This document shows positions 52,829 to 64,000 of a stretch of DNA of 64,000 bases, piece after piece. Origin of the DNA: an uncultured Gemmatimonadales bacterium (lineage in GTDB: Bacteria; Gemmatimonadota; Gemmatimonadetes; Gemmatimonadales; GWC2-71-9); contig CAWJIM010000024.1 in assembly GCA_963842945.1 (NCBI GenBank), forward strand, positions 256,001 to 320,000, in the 5' to 3' direction. The notes under the pieces were generated by a model. The model saw only the letters and a list, made by a program, of their open reading frames with translations. It was not told the origin of the DNA and made no database searches. Position 1 is the stretch's first letter; each line of letters starts with the position of its first letter. The position numbers and the translations under genes are program-made.

Positions 52829-54187
52829 TCAGCTCCGTGGCTGCGTCTCTGCCGTCGGTATGGGCAGAGTCGGGAAAATTACGTCGGGCGGGGGCCCCGG
52901 ACGATCGATTGCCTGAAGGTTGGCGGTCAAGCCATAACGCCGGTAGTCGATCCAGCTGTGGCCCCCTTCGTACATCAGGGAGTACCGCTTGTTGTAGAGC
53001 AGCTCGTTGATCAGTGATGCTTGATCGACCGGGCCGGCGTAGGGTGCCAGGAGTCCGGAGGTCTGCCGCACGACATTCAAATCGGTGACTGCAGGTCCCA
53101 GCTGGCTCAAGTTGATGTTGGCCTCGGCCCGCAACAGGATCAGCTCCTCGTTCTTGATGAGCGGGATCGGCGAGCTCGGACTAGGGTAGCGAATCCAGCC
53201 CAGGTCTGAGCTGAACGTCTGGATCGGAGTGGTGTTCGTTGTACCACCGGACCGGGGAGGCCGCTTCACCAGCTTGTTCAGGAAGCGCTGGTCCAAAGCT
53301 CCTCCCGGTTGCAGTTGCGCCTGAGTTTCCAGCGTCGGGTGCCCAAAGTTCTCGCTGGTCTGCGAGCTCACCGCGAGCGGATTCGTCACGTCACCCGCGC
53401 CGGTGCCGAAGTCCATGTAGACCCCAAGGTCCATCGGTGCCGCGGGATCCAGGAACGATTCGCCGAGGAACGTGAGTGCCCCGGCGTAATCCCCGCGGTA
53501 GACAGCCACCCGGGCGCGCAGGGCGCGATTGAACTTGAGGAAGGTTGCTGGAGTGTCGAACCCGGCGAATCCCGACGGCAGAGTAAACGGAAATGCCGCT
53601 CCCACCAGCTCGGCCACGCTCTGATCGAGCAAGGCAATTACATGATTCCAGGCCTCCGCGTTACTGACGAAGGGAGCCGGAGGTGCGCTGGCATCGCGGC
53701 CCACGTCGATCGGAATCTGATCCTGGGTATGGGAATCCAGGATGATCATGAAGTTGTAGGCCTGGAGCGTATGGGCAAAGCCGCTGGTGGCGCTTTGTTG
53801 CTCTGGCGTCAATGAGCTGGCAGTGGTAATGACCGCCAGGAGGTCGTTGGCACTGCGGATGGCCGAATACGGCTCCAGCCAGTGGTCGCCGCCAAAGGCG
53901 CGGCTACCCGGGTCAAGGGGGCCCTGCATCATCTCCTGTACGAATCGCGTATCGGCTGGGTCGATGCGGAACGCCTCTCGGCCCCAGATGGCGGCATCGA
54001 GCGCCCAGTCGGCCACATCCTGACGGGTGGCGATCAGGATGCCGTTGGCCGCCGCGCCGACCTGAGCGGCCGAAGGGTTTTCTCCGATGACCGCGGGGCT
54101 ATTGGGATTGGCAATGTCGAAGTCGCACCCGCCGACTCCGACCAGAGCGAGAACCGGCAGCAGTCTGCTGAGAGTGGTCGGTGTCAT
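52829..54187 (-). CDS. RagB/SusD family outer-membrane lipoprotein
   Basis: Lipobox VGGC, EELILLRAEA, LN.VR..SGL, R.SL.YEGGH.W.DYRR. Confidence 0.9.
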   Translation of the reverse strand: MTPTTLSRLLPVLALVGVGGCDFDIANPNSPAVIGENPSAAQVGAAANGILIATRQDVADWALDAAIWGREAFRIDPADTRFVQEMMQGPLDPGSRAFGGDHWLEPYSAIRSANDLLAVITTASSLTPEQQSATSGFAHTLQAYNFMIILDSHTQDQIPIDVGRDASAPPAPFVSNAEAWNHVIALLDQSVAELVGAAFPFTLPSGFAGFDTPATFLKFNRALRARVAVYRGDYAGALTFLGESFLDPAAPMDLGVYMDFGTGAGDVTNPLAVSSQTSENFGHPTLETQAQLQPGGALDQRFLNKLVKRPPRSGGTTNTTPIQTFSSDLGWIRYPSPSSPIPLIKNEELILLRAEANINLSQLGPAVTDLNVVRQTSGLLAPYAGPVDQASLINELLYNKRYSLMYEGGHSWIDYRRYGLTANLQAIDRPGPPPDVIFPTLPIPTAETQPRS

Positions 54188-54189
54188 GG

Positions 54190-57166
54190 TCAGAACCCCA
54201 AGTCGATCGAGAAGAAGAAGCTGCGACTCGGCGGGAACGGTGCCACATCGATATTCCGCACGATCGCTTGGTTGGCGAAGTTGCTCACCTCCGGGTCCAG
54301 CCCGCGATAGGGCGTGAACCGCAGGAGGTTCCGACCGGTCACCGACAGGCGGGCGTAGCGCACTCCACCCCCAAACAGCCGGCTGGTAAACGACTCGGGG
54401 ACGTTATAGGAGAGATTCAGCTCTCGCAGCTTCAGATACGATCCGTCCTGGACATAGGCATCGGTGAAACCTGCGCCTAAGCGATTGGTCCGGTCCGCCC
54501 CACCACCAGGCTCGAGATAATCCTTGCTGTTTAAGGAGATATCGTACAGGAACTCGGTCAGGTTGATGATATCCCCGCCTTATTTCCAGTCGAACAGGAA
54601 TCCCAGCGTAAACCGGTGGAAGTCGATGTCATTGGAGAAGGACATCTGAAAGTCCGGATTGGCATCTCCCACTTTGCCTGCGATCGGATTCCCCGCCGCA
54701 TCAGTCCCGATGATGCCAAAAATCTGCGTCGGCGAGCTGTCCTGCTCGATCTGGAACGTTCCCAGCGAAAGAGCAAAACCGCCGGTCTGGAAGGGCGGGA
54801 CGTTCAGCTCGGTGATCTTGGCTTTATTGGCAAAGAACGTGGTGCGGAAGATCCAGTTGATGTCCCGGCTCTGTACCGGCTGCAGGGTGAGCGAGGCCTC
54901 GACCCCTCGGTTCCGCATCCTGCCGCCGTTGCCAAAGATCCGGAGCTCCTGGCCCACCGAGGGGGCCACGGTTTGCTCCAGGATCAGATCCCGTATGTTG
55001 CGCTGGTAGACCGTCATGGTCAGCTCGGCCCGCCCACGTATAAACGTGGCATCGAACCCGCCCTCGAACTCGTCCTGTCGCTCCGGCTTGATGGTGGGAT
55101 CACCCGCGCGGTTTCCGATGTAAGTGCCGAATTGCCCCCGATGGTTCCGGTGGTGTCGGTGACGAACTTGGCGCCAAAGAGCGCCCGGTTTCCGGTCTGG
55201 CCGTAGGCACCCCGGAGCTTGAACTCCTCTACACCCCCGAAGGGCTCCACAAACCGGTAGGAGGCCGCGGCCTTGGGATAAAGGAAGAACTTCTCGGTGT
55301 CGCCGTTGGCGCTGCTCCGGTCGGCTCGAACGCCACCGGTAAGCAGTAAACGGCGATCGGCCAGCAACACCTCTTCCTGCGCGAAAATGCCGAGGTCCCG
55401 CACCGGCTCGATGCGGGATGAAACCGACTGGCTCGTCGTCTGCTGGACGTTCTCCTGACCCGAGAGCAGGGTGCGTCCCAGAACCTGGGTGGCATTCAGC
55501 TTTCGGTCTTCGTACTGAATTCCCGCCCGAGGTGGTCAACTGGGTTCCCTCCTCCGAGCCGGACGAGTTGTAGATGTGACTCATGTTGAGGGCGCGTTCA
55601 GGTTCCGGTTGGATGACCTGCTGGTCACCACGGTTCCAGGCTGGCCATCCGCATTCTCGTACTGCAGCTCGGGCGGCGACACCAGGTCGTTGTCCTGCTG
55701 GAAGTAATCCACGCCTCCGATGCCGATAAACTGCAGCGTGCTCTTGGCCGACTGAAACGGCGTCCATCGCAGCGTGCTGGTACCCAGGATCCGCCAGACG
55801 TCCTCCTCGTTGGTGAGCAGGGAGAAGGTCTGCAGCGGATTGCTGGCGCTAAAGGCATTGACCGGGAAGTCGGCCGCCGTGACGTCTTCGTGAATCCCGC
55901 TGCCCGGCATGCAGGTTCTGGAAGCTCGGCGTGGCCGAGAACGCGACGAAGGGGCTGGTGCTGGAGTTGTCGTTGTTGGAGAGTCCCCGCTCGGACATGC
56001 TGTGCGTGCCATCCAGATTGACCTGAAGCTGGAAGCCATTCCCCAGCACCTGGTCCAGATTGGAGCGAATCGACTGTTTCTTGTAGCCGGTGTTGATCGC
56101 AATGCCCTCGTCGTTCATGAACAAGCCGGACACATAGTACTTGGTGTTCTCGGTCCCGCCGCTCACACTGGCATTGGTCTCATAGGACAGGGCCGTTCGG
56201 CCATACAGCTCGTCCTCGAAGTTGAAGGATGTTCCCGGCTGGAATGCGGCGGTAACCGCAGCGGTGTCGCTGAACACCGAAAGCGCTTCGTCCAGAGCTG
56301 CCGAAGGTGCGGGATCCCAGCTCATTGGCCCGGGTGTGGGTTCCAAATTTCTGAGACAACGTGAACTGCGGCTTGCCGACCTGGCCCCGCTTGGTGGTGA
56401 TGACGACCACGCCATTGGTGGCCTTGGACCCGTAGATCGCCGCCGCCGACCCACCTTTCAGCACCTCGATTCGCTCGATGTCCTCGGGATTCAGGTCGGC
56501 AATCCGGTTGACCGGGTTGTCCTGGTTCCGGGGATTGCCGCCGCACTGGGCACAGCTGACGGCGTTCTGTCCATTGGGAATCGCGGCGTTGCTGACCACG
56601 ATCCCATCCACCACGTACAAGGGGTCCACGCTGGCGTTGATGGTCGAGACGCCGCGGAGGTTGAGCTGATACCCGCCGCCGGGCGCACCGGAGTTCGCCT
56701 GGATGTAGGCCCCCGGAATCTTGCCCTGTAGCGCACTCTCGAGGGTGGGAGCCGGCGCCCGGTTCAGCTCACTCGAGGAGACGGTTGCCACGGCGTTGGG
56801 CAGGTTTTGACGCTCCTGGCCGGTGGCCTGCCCGGTGATGACGATCTCCTCCAGGTTGAACGGGTCGGGCTCTAGAGCGAAGTCCGCCGTCGGTTGCGAT
56901 GCCGGAACGGCGATCTGTTGCCGCTTGTAGCCGATGGCCCGGACCACGAGGCTGACGTCACCCGCCGGCGCATTGAGGACGTAGTTCCCCTGGTTGTTGG
57001 TCCCGGCCACGATACTGGTTCCGCTGACAGAGACCGTTGCCTCGGGGACTCCCCCTTGAGTTTGAGTATTGGTTACCCGCCCGCTGATCTGGCGGACTTG
57101 TCCCACAGCGAGCTGAGCGCTGAGGAGCGAGAAAAACACGGACGTGCCGCACACGCGCAATGCCAT
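54190..57166 (-). CDS. SusC/RagA family TonB-dependent receptor (several frameshifts and one in-frame TAA)
   Basis: Carboxypeptidase-regulatory-like N-domain, LEEIVITG, PLYVVDG, DLNPEDIE.IEVLKG.SAAAIYGSKA.NGV..ITTK, YLKLREL, terminal IDLGF*. Confidence 0.92.
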
Positions 57167-57338
57167 GGCGCCTCCGAGGTGATGACCACATCGAGTCTGT
57201 GAAAGTTGGTACTACAGTGCATCAGGCCCCATTACCGCGCAAGGAGCCTGAACATCACCCCACTCGGCACAACCTCGTAACGGGTGCCACACGGTCAGAG
57301 CCGCGAGGCCGCGGGTGACATATCTCAGGCGGGCTGAA

Positions 57339-58573
57339 TTACGCCGTTGGATGATGACCAGAGAGACACCGCCCACACCAGTCATGACGCACGCGTTCGG
57401 CCGCAGATGGTAGAGCCACTGGTCGGGATCCGAAGCATCCAGCACTGCAAAGTCGGCCTGTTTTCCTGGCTCCAGCGAGCCGACAGCGTGCTCGAGCCCG
57501 ACCGCCCGTGCCGCATGGATGGTGGCTCCCTTCAGCGCCTCCGCCGGTGTCATCCGCAGCAGCGTACAGGCGAGCGTCAGCGTAAAGGGGAGGTGAAAGG
57601 AGGGAGCGGAGCCGGGATTGAAATCCGTCGCGATTGCCACCGGAACGCCGACCTCTATCAGTCGGCGGGCCGGAAGCGGAGGCTGGTTCAGGTACACCGT
57701 CGCCAGCGGCAAGCCCACTGCCACCACTCCTGCTCCGGCCATGCGCGCGGATGCCGCCTTCAGAGATGAACTCCAGGTGATCGGCCGAGACGGCACCCAC
57801 CTCGACCGCAAGCTCAGCTCCACCGCCGGAGGTCAGCTGGTCGGCGTGGAGTTTGGCCCGGAGACCCTGCGCGCCCGCGGCCCGAAGGATCTGCCTGGCT
57901 TCGGTCACGGTGTACGCTGAATCTTCGACGAACACATCGCAGAAGGCGGCCAGCCGCTCGCGCGCCACCCGCGGGATCATCCGCTCAATGAGGAGCTCGA
58001 GATATTCCGCTCGCCGCTCCCGGAACTCAGGGGGAACCACATGAGCACCGAGGAAAGTGGGCACCACCCGAACCGGCTGCTCCGCTGCCAGCCGCCGATA
58101 GACCCGGAGTAGCTTGAGCTCATTCTCCTCGTCCAGCCCGTATCCGCTCTTGCATTCAACGGTGGTGATGCCCAACGCGAGCATCTCCCGCAGAAACCCC
58201 TTCGCGCGGTGTCACGAGGTGGTCTTCGCCGGCGGCACGGGTGGCTCGGACGGTAGAGAGGATTCCACCTCCGGAGCGGGAGATCTCCAGATAGCTCCGG
58301 CCCTGGATCCTTTGGACGAACTCGTCCGCCCTCCAGCCGGCAAACGCTAAATGCGTGTGGCAGTCGATGAGGCCGGGAATAACCAACCTGCCGCCGGCAT
58401 CGATCCGTTCGGCGATGGTATAAGCATCCGGAAGGTCCCGTTCGGGTGCCGACCCAGGAGATCCGCCCGTGGGCGTCCCAGGCCATGGCAGCATCGGAGA
58501 TGACGTGCGTGTCGCCCTGCCCGCCTTCGGCGCGACAGGTGGCGAGCTGGCCGATATTTGCGAGGACCTTCAT
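57339..58573 (-). CDS. hutI: Imidazolonepropionase (several frameshifts; 3' end approximate)
   Basis: [52 protein letters not shown]. Confidence 0.92.
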
Positions 58574-58587
58574 GGAGGAGCTTATGG

Positions 58588-60267
58588 TCAACCGCTCACG
58601 TCGTTCACCATGGGCAGATCGACGCCCCGCTCCTTTGCCGTTTCGATGGCCAGATCGTACCCGGCATCGGCATGGCGCATCACTCCGGTACCGGGATCGG
58701 CGGTAAGAACCCGGCGGAGCCTTCGGTCGGCTACGTCGGTCCCATCGGCCACAGCCACCATGCCGGCATGAATGGAATAGCCGATGCCAACGCCACCGCC
58801 GTGGTGAAGCGAGACCCAGCTGGCGCCACAGGCGGTATTCAGCAGCGCATTCAGCAGCGGCCAATCGGCGATCGCATCGGAGCCATCCTTCATTCCCTCC
58901 GTCTCGCGATTGGGTGAGGCCACCGATCCGGTGTCCAGGTGATCCCGACCGATCACGATCGGAGCGCGCACCCGTCCAGTTTTGACCAGCCAGTTGAAGC
59001 GCTCGCCCATCTCGGCGCGCTCGCCGTACTCCAGCCAGCAGATCCGGGCGGGCAACCCCTGGAACGCGACCCGCTGCTGGGCCTGCCGGATCCAGCGTGC
59101 CAGTCCTTCCTTCTGAGGGAAGGTGTCCAGCACGGCCTGGTCGGTTGCGGCGATGTCGGCAGGATCTCCCGAGAGTGCAACCCAGCGAAACGGGCCGGCA
59201 CCCCGGCAGAAGAGTGGTCGGATGAACTCCGGCACAAAGCCGGGAATGTCGAAGGCCGACTGCATGCCACGGTGGTCGGCCACCTGTCCGCGAAGATTGT
59301 TGCCGTAATCGAACACCACGGCTCCGCGGGCCTGGAGATCCAGCATGGCCTGCACATGCACCGCCATCGAATCGAGGACCTTGGCTTCGTAGGCCTGCGG
59401 GTCCGCCTCGCGAAGCTGGCCGGCCTGCTCCAGATCGAGGCCGGTCGGGATGTAGCCCAGCCTGAGATCGTGCGCCGAGGTCTGGTCCGTCACCACATCG
59501 GGAACAACCCCACGGCGAAGCAGCTCGGGCAGCACTTCGGCGATGTTCCCGACCAAGCCAACCGAGAGCGCCTGCCCTCGCGCCCGGGCCGACTCGACCT
59601 GCTGGAGGGCGGTGTCCAGGCTGGTCTCCAATCGGTCGCAGTATCGGGTAGCGACCCGCCGGCGAATCCTCTCCTCGTCAACGTCTACCCCTAAAAAGGC
59701 GGCGCCGTTCATGGTGGCTGCCAGCGGCTGCGCCCCACCCATGCCGCCCAGTCCGCCGGTCACCACCAGCCGGCCCTTCAGGGTGCCCCCGAAGTGCTGT
59801 CGGGCGCATTCGGCGAAGGTCTCGTAGGTGCCCTGCAGAATTCCCTGAGTTCCGATGTAGATCCAGGAGCCGGCGGTCATCTGGCCATACATGGTGAGGC
59901 CCAGGGCTTCGAGCCGGCGGAACTCGTCCCAGGTGGCCCACCGTGGCACCAGGTGAGCGTTGGCGATCAGGACGCGAGGCGCCTCTTCGTGAGTGGTAAA
60001 CACGCCGACCGGCTTCCCGCTCTGAACCAGCAGCGTCTCGTCGTTCCCCAGACGGCGAAGCGTGGCGACGATGCGCTCGTAGCATTCCCAGTTGCGGGCG
60101 GCCTTCCCTCCTCCGCCGTACACGATGAGCTCATCCGGCCGCTCTGCCACCGCGGGATCCAGGTTGTTCATGAGCATCCGAAGGGCGGCCTCCTGGTGCC
60201 AACCACGGCAGGAGAGGGCCGATCCTCTCGGGGCAGAGATCTGATGGGGCTGCGTCAGCATCGACAT
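58588..60267 (-). CDS. hutU: Urocanate hydratase
   Basis: [66 protein letters not shown]. Confidence 0.98.
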   Translation of the reverse strand: MSMLTQPHQISAPRGSALSCRGWHQEAALRMLMNNLDPAVAERPDELIVYGGGGKAARNWECYERIVATLRRLGNDETLLVQSGKPVGVFTTHEEAPRVLIANAHLVPRWATWDEFRRLEALGLTMYGQMTAGSWIYIGTQGILQGTYETFAECARQHFGGTLKGRLVVTGGLGGMGGAQPLAATMNGAAFLGVDVDEERIRRRVATRYCDRLETSLDTALQQVESARARGQALSVGLVGNIAEVLPELLRRGVVPDVVTDQTSAHDLRLGYIPTGLDLEQAGQLREADPQAYEAKVLDSMAVHVQAMLDLQARGAVVFDYGNNLRGQVADHRGMQSAFDIPGFVPEFIRPLFCRGAGPFRWVALSGDPADIAATDQAVLDTFPQKEGLARWIRQAQQRVAFQGLPARICWLEYGERAEMGERFNWLVKTGRVRAPIVIGRDHLDTGSVASPNRETEGMKDGSDAIADWPLLNALLNTACGASWVSLHHGGGVGIGYSIHAGMVAVADGTDVADRRLRRVLTADPGTGVMRHADAGYDLAIETAKERGVDLPMVNDVSG

Positions 60268-60357
60268 AGGGCGCTCTGGAGATGGCCGGATCAAGGCTAG
60301 CCTTTCGCAGAATGGCCTGCAACCTTTTGGGCCGCCGTACGATCCAATCCCCCCGCG

Positions 60358-60930
60358 ATGACCGAACTCGGCCTGGGAGTGGCGACTCTGGAGCACGAAC
60401 CGACCGGCAGGACCGATCCGGATGCAGTGGACGCCACGCTCGCCGCCAGCGGAGATGCCAGTGCGTTCGAGCGGCTGTACCGGACGCACGTGCCCAAGGT
60501 GTACGGACTGATTCGCCGCATGCTCAACGACGACGATGCAGATGAAGTCGCCCAGGACATTTTCGTACGGGCCTGGCAGAAGCTCGGCACCTTTCGGGGC
60601 GAGGCCGCGTTTGGAACCTGGCTTCACCGACTGGCGGTAAACGTGATCCTGGCCCGGAGGGAGACGTTGGGCACCCGGCGCAAGCGGTACGTGGAGGGCG
60701 ACATGGTGCTGGAGACGGTTCCCAGCCGCCGGGCCACACCGGAGATGTCGATGGATTTCGAGGCAGCCATGGAGCGGCTGCCCGATGGAGCCCGGGAGGT
60801 GTTCGTGCTACACGATGTAGAGGGCTACCGTCATGAGGAGATTGCCCAGATGCTCGGCCTTGCTACCGGCACGTCCAAATCCCAGCTGCATCGTGCGCGA
60901 ATGGCGCTGCGTCAGCATCTGGAGCGCTGA
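60358..60930 (+). CDS. ECF RNA polymerase sigma factor
   Basis: GD..AFE.LY, QD.F..AW..L..FRGE..F.TWL.R, LP...R.VFVL...EG...EEIA..LG...GT.KSQL.RAR. Confidence 0.95.
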   Translation: MTELGLGVATLEHEPTGRTDPDAVDATLAASGDASAFERLYRTHVPKVYGLIRRMLNDDDADEVAQDIFVRAWQKLGTFRGEAAFGTWLHRLAVNVILARRETLGTRRKRYVEGDMVLETVPSRRATPEMSMDFEAAMERLPDGAREVFVLHDVEGYRHEEIAQMLGLATGTSKSQLHRARMALRQHLER

Positions 60931-60939
60931 GGAGGAATC

Positions 60940-61638
60940 ATGACCCAGGATCCCTGGACCGATCGGCTGTCGGAATACCTCGACGGAGAGCTGCCCGAAT
61001 GGGAGCGGCATGCGCTCGAGTCGCACCTCGAGAGCTGCGCCGAATGCTCGCTGATCGTGTCCGATCTTCGGCGGGTGGTGCGCCGCGCGCGTACGCTCAA
61101 GAATCCTCCTCCGGCCACCGATCTCTGGCCCGGCATTGCCGCTCGAATCGGGGCAGGGATATCCAAGTCTCAGGACGTGGTGGATCTCGGCGCTCAGCGC
61201 CGAGTGCGCCGCCGCTGGGCGTTCTCCCTGCCTCAGCTTGCTGCGGCCAGCATTGCCTTGATGACCGTTTCGGGCGGAGCCGTCTGGTTCATGAGCGGGA
61301 CTGCCCGCCAGTCGGTGGTGTCAGCTCCCGCCCCGTCGAGCCCGCCCGAGGGCACTCCCGCCGTCAGCGTGGCAATGAAGCCCAATGCCTCTCAAAGCTA
61401 TGCCGCTGCCGTGGCCGACCTGGAGCGGGTGCTGGCCGAGGGGCGGGGCAAGCTCGACTCCACCACGGTCAGGATCATCGAACAAAATCTGGCCGCCATC
61501 GATCGGGCCATTGCTGAGGCACAGCGCGCACTCGACGCCGACTCAGCCAACCTGTACCTCAACACTCACCTGGCCGAAACGATGCGGCGTAAACTGGACC
61601 TGCTGCGCCAGGCCGCCGCCCTCGTTCCGGTGAGCTGA
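60940..61638 (+). CDS. Zinc-binding (zf-HC2) anti-sigma factor
   Basis: LSEYLDGEL...HLESCAEC (Hx3Cx2C), one TM, helical extracytoplasmic domain. Confidence 0.9.
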   Translation: MTQDPWTDRLSEYLDGELPEWERHALESHLESCAECSLIVSDLRRVVRRARTLKNPPPATDLWPGIAARIGAGISKSQDVVDLGAQRRVRRRWAFSLPQLAAASIALMTVSGGAVWFMSGTARQSVVSAPAPSSPPEGTPAVSVAMKPNASQSYAAAVADLERVLAEGRGKLDSTTVRIIEQNLAAIDRAIAEAQRALDADSANLYLNTHLAETMRRKLDLLRQAAALVPVS

Positions 61639-61650
61639 AAGGATCTCCAC

Positions 61651-62553
61651 GTGCTGTTCGCCCTCCTGACCGGTACCCTGGCGCTGTCACCCATTGTCCA
61701 GGCGGATACCACGCTCAACGCGGTGCGGGGTCAGCGCCTGGACGTCAATGCCTATGCGGGCGAGGTCACGGTGCGCGCGTGGAACAGAAACGCGGTTCGG
61801 ATCGAGGCCAGTGGCGCCGATCAGGATCAGCTCGAGATTTCCAGCAGCGCGACCGCCATCAGTATTCGGACCCATGGGCGACACGGCCCTCCCGAGGAGA
61901 TCACGCTTCGGATCAGCGCGCCCGCCTGGATCACGCTCAGCCTGAGTGGGGTCAATACCAACGCCAAGGTCGAAGGGATCCGGGCACCCATCTCGGTCGA
62001 GACGGTCGAGGGCGAAGTGGATGTCACCGGTGGGGAGAGCCTGATCTCGCTGCGTTCGGTTCAGGGGTCGGTCCGGCTGCGGGGAGCCAAAGGCCGGATC
62101 AACGTGAACTCGGTGAACGAGGACGTGGAAGTAGCGAACAGCTCCGGCGATGTCGCGGCCCAAACGGTAAACGGAGAGATCCTGCTGCAGGGGGTAAATG
62201 CTTCGAGCGTGGATGCCAACACGGTGAACGGCGACATCTCCTACTCCGGTCCGATCAGGAGCGGCGGCCGCTATGCGCTCTCAACCCATAACGGAGACCT
62301 GACACTGACCGTACCGGAGGGGACGAGTGCCGGGGTGACGGTTTCCACCTTCAGCGGCGATTTCGAGTCCGAATTCCCGGTCCCCCTGCGGGGCACCCGG
62401 AAAGGGAAAGGGTTCAACTTCACTCTGGGCTCGGGCAGCGCGCAGGTCACCCTCGAGTCGTTCCAGGGGACCATCCAGCTGGTTCGTCCGGGGAGCGAAG
62501 AAGACCCGGCCCGCCGTAAGCGAGACCATGACCGGGATCATGACGAAGACTAG
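61651..62553 (+). CDS. DUF4097 family beta-strand repeat protein
   Basis: Signal peptide; repeated (S/T)V(N/Q/E)G(D/E/S)(V/I) units; STHNGD, STFSGD. Confidence 0.88.
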   Translation: MLFALLTGTLALSPIVQADTTLNAVRGQRLDVNAYAGEVTVRAWNRNAVRIEASGADQDQLEISSSATAISIRTHGRHGPPEEITLRISAPAWITLSLSGVNTNAKVEGIRAPISVETVEGEVDVTGGESLISLRSVQGSVRLRGAKGRINVNSVNEDVEVANSSGDVAAQTVNGEILLQGVNASSVDANTVNGDISYSGPIRSGGRYALSTHNGDLTLTVPEGTSAGVTVSTFSGDFESEFPVPLRGTRKGKGFNFTLGSGSAQVTLESFQGTIQLVRPGSEEDPARRKRDHDRDHDED

Positions 62554-62903
62554 CCCACTACCTGCACTAAACCGTCGCATTTTGACGGGCTCTGCTCCGG
62601 GGGTGAGAACCGGCACACTCCCGTCCAGGAACCGGGCAGATTTGTAACACCGGCGATACAAACCTCTCGACAACACGGCTTACACTCAAGATTCAGACTG
62701 AGCCGCCGGCTTCGTACCTCGCTCCGGTTCTGTTGCCTAAGCGATTATTCGCTCGCCATTTAGCTCGCCGGACCTTACCTAGCTCTCTATGACCTGGGGA
62801 TGAGCTCCGGGTTGACAGCAGCGGGGTGCAACCCCCGTCGGGTCGGCTCCGAAAGATGGGGCAAGCTGTAAAGAAATCGGCGGCTGGTGGACGGTACAAA
62901 GCC

Positions 62904-62919
62904 GGGCACGTGTCTTGTA
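62904..62919 (+). promoter_or_regulatory. Putative sigma-54 (-24/-12) promoter
   Basis: GGGCACG-TGTC-TTGTA against consensus TGGCACG-N4-TTGC(A/T); correct spacing, two mismatches. Confidence 0.45.
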
Positions 62920-62971
62920 CTTCGGGCTGATCGGTAGTCCCAGACCGAACCTCAGCCCGGAGTCTCGAGCA

Positions 62972-63529
62972 ATGCATGCCCTGTTGAAGAACGCCCTTGT
63001 GGGTACAGTCGCGCTTGCGCTGGCCGGCTCCAGCACCGCGTCGGCCCAGGTAGGACTGACCTCGAACGTTGCCACCGTTGCGCTTACCGCGACGAAGGCA
63101 GCCACCCTGACGGTGAGCACGAACGTCGCCACCGCGACCCTGGCCAACATCACGGACAACTCCACGGCCAACCAGTTCACCCCGGTAAGCCTGACCACCG
63201 ACTGGAACCTGAACGCCGGCTCCTCGGTGCGGATGATCGGCTGGTTTGCCACCCCGGCGCAGGCGCTGGTGAACGGTACTGACCTGATTCCCTCCTCGAA
63301 GGTCGAGGGTCGGGTTGGGGCCACGGCGTTTGCCGCCTTCACCAACGGTGCCGTGGGCGGCGTCGGCGTCGCCGGCGGAAGCCTGCAGCTCTTCAGCCAG
63401 GCAGTGGCCGCGGGCAGCTACTTCGGTACCCGCACCGACCAGCTGGATCTCCGGTTGAACCTGACCGGCACGACCACCATGGCCGGCAACTACACCGGTA
63501 CGCTCAACCTCCAGGCGATCGTTCAGTAA
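62972..63529 (+). CDS. Secreted pilin-like beta-sandwich protein
   Basis: Signal peptide ending ASA-Q; Thr/Ala/Gly-rich; C-terminal AGNYTGTLNLQAIVQ resembles chaperone-usher subunit ends. Confidence 0.7.
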   Translation: MHALLKNALVGTVALALAGSSTASAQVGLTSNVATVALTATKAATLTVSTNVATATLANITDNSTANQFTPVSLTTDWNLNAGSSVRMIGWFATPAQALVNGTDLIPSSKVEGRVGATAFAAFTNGAVGGVGVAGGSLQLFSQAVAAGSYFGTRTDQLDLRLNLTGTTTMAGNYTGTLNLQAIVQ

Positions 63530-63557
63530 GCCACGAACGAAATACCTGGGCCTAGCA

Positions 63558-64000
63558 ATGGGCAGCCGTACGTTCGGTCTTCTCCTTCGCCCTGAGCGCC
63601 TTCCTGGTGCTCGGGGCGAAGGAGCTTTGTGGGCAGGCCCGGATCATCTCCTTGGCGGCAACGTCTCCTGCCGACCTCTCTCTGGTGATCACCTCCGGCG
63701 CAATACAGACCATAGCCGGGGTAACCGATAATGCGGTTAACAGCTTCCCGTCTCCGGTGGTCCTTCAGACCACCTGGAGCGTCAACCCGGGGCAGACCAA
63801 CACGGTGAATCTGGTGGCCTATTTCCTGGTTCCGGCACAGGCGCTGGTTGGCGGGACGACACAAATCCCCTCCAGCCGAGTGCTGGCCCGGATGTCGACC
63901 GGGCTTCCGACCGCGTTTACTGCGATTACGCAGAATGCCTTCGCCGGAGTGGGTACCGCCGGCGGCAGCCTGCAACTCTACTCGGTCGACGATCAACGGA
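63558..64000 (+). CDS. Paralogous secreted pilin-like protein (frameshift ~63588; truncated by window edge)
   Basis: Corrected frame shares TDN..N.F, TT.W..N, F..PAQALV.GT..IPSS.V and GVG.AGGSLQL with the preceding gene. Confidence 0.7.

Noticed and set aside
54580..54582. In-frame TAA in susC (FDWK*GGDI) as recoding
   Set aside because: TAA is not a Sec/Pyl codon and the gene has several other errors; likely a base-call error. It shows that false stops can occur in this assembly
62780..62970. c-di-GMP or c-di-AMP riboswitch upstream of the pilin-like gene
   Set aside because: GAAA/GCAA loops are present but I could not find the conserved cores in the right order; an Infernal scan would decide

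Overview
GC-rich bacterial chromosomal segment. The gene repertoire (SusC/SusD pair, TIGR03545/6 pair, GH57 glycogen genes, split PntA, ECF-ZAS-DUF4097) is most consistent with a Gemmatimonadota-like genome, which is an inference. Many conserved genes are broken by single-base indels, as in an unpolished long-read assembly, so broken genes are merged here with approximate boundaries. Contents in order: csp end and infA; a long minus-strand run (PIG-L deacetylase, ABC importer, MFS, DUF2339, amidase, M3 peptidase); a sigma-70 family factor; pntA1/A2/B; thrABC; a SWIB protein; ettA; a probable 3-keto-glycoside (oxidative) sugar catabolism cluster; a GH57-type glycogen operon; a cytochrome c / membrane protein / mug / DinB / HD operon; aguBA; susCD; hutUI; an ECF sigma system; and tandem pilin-like genes. 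No rRNA, tRNA, CRISPR array or mobile element was recognised. The top finding is a small membrane-protein gene (48539-48895, minus) with an in-frame TGA followed by a bacterial-SECIS-like hairpin, i.e. a candidate unannotated selenoprotein downstream of two lipoprotein cytochromes c. Dispersed inverted 7-mer and 8-mer tandem repeats are also present.
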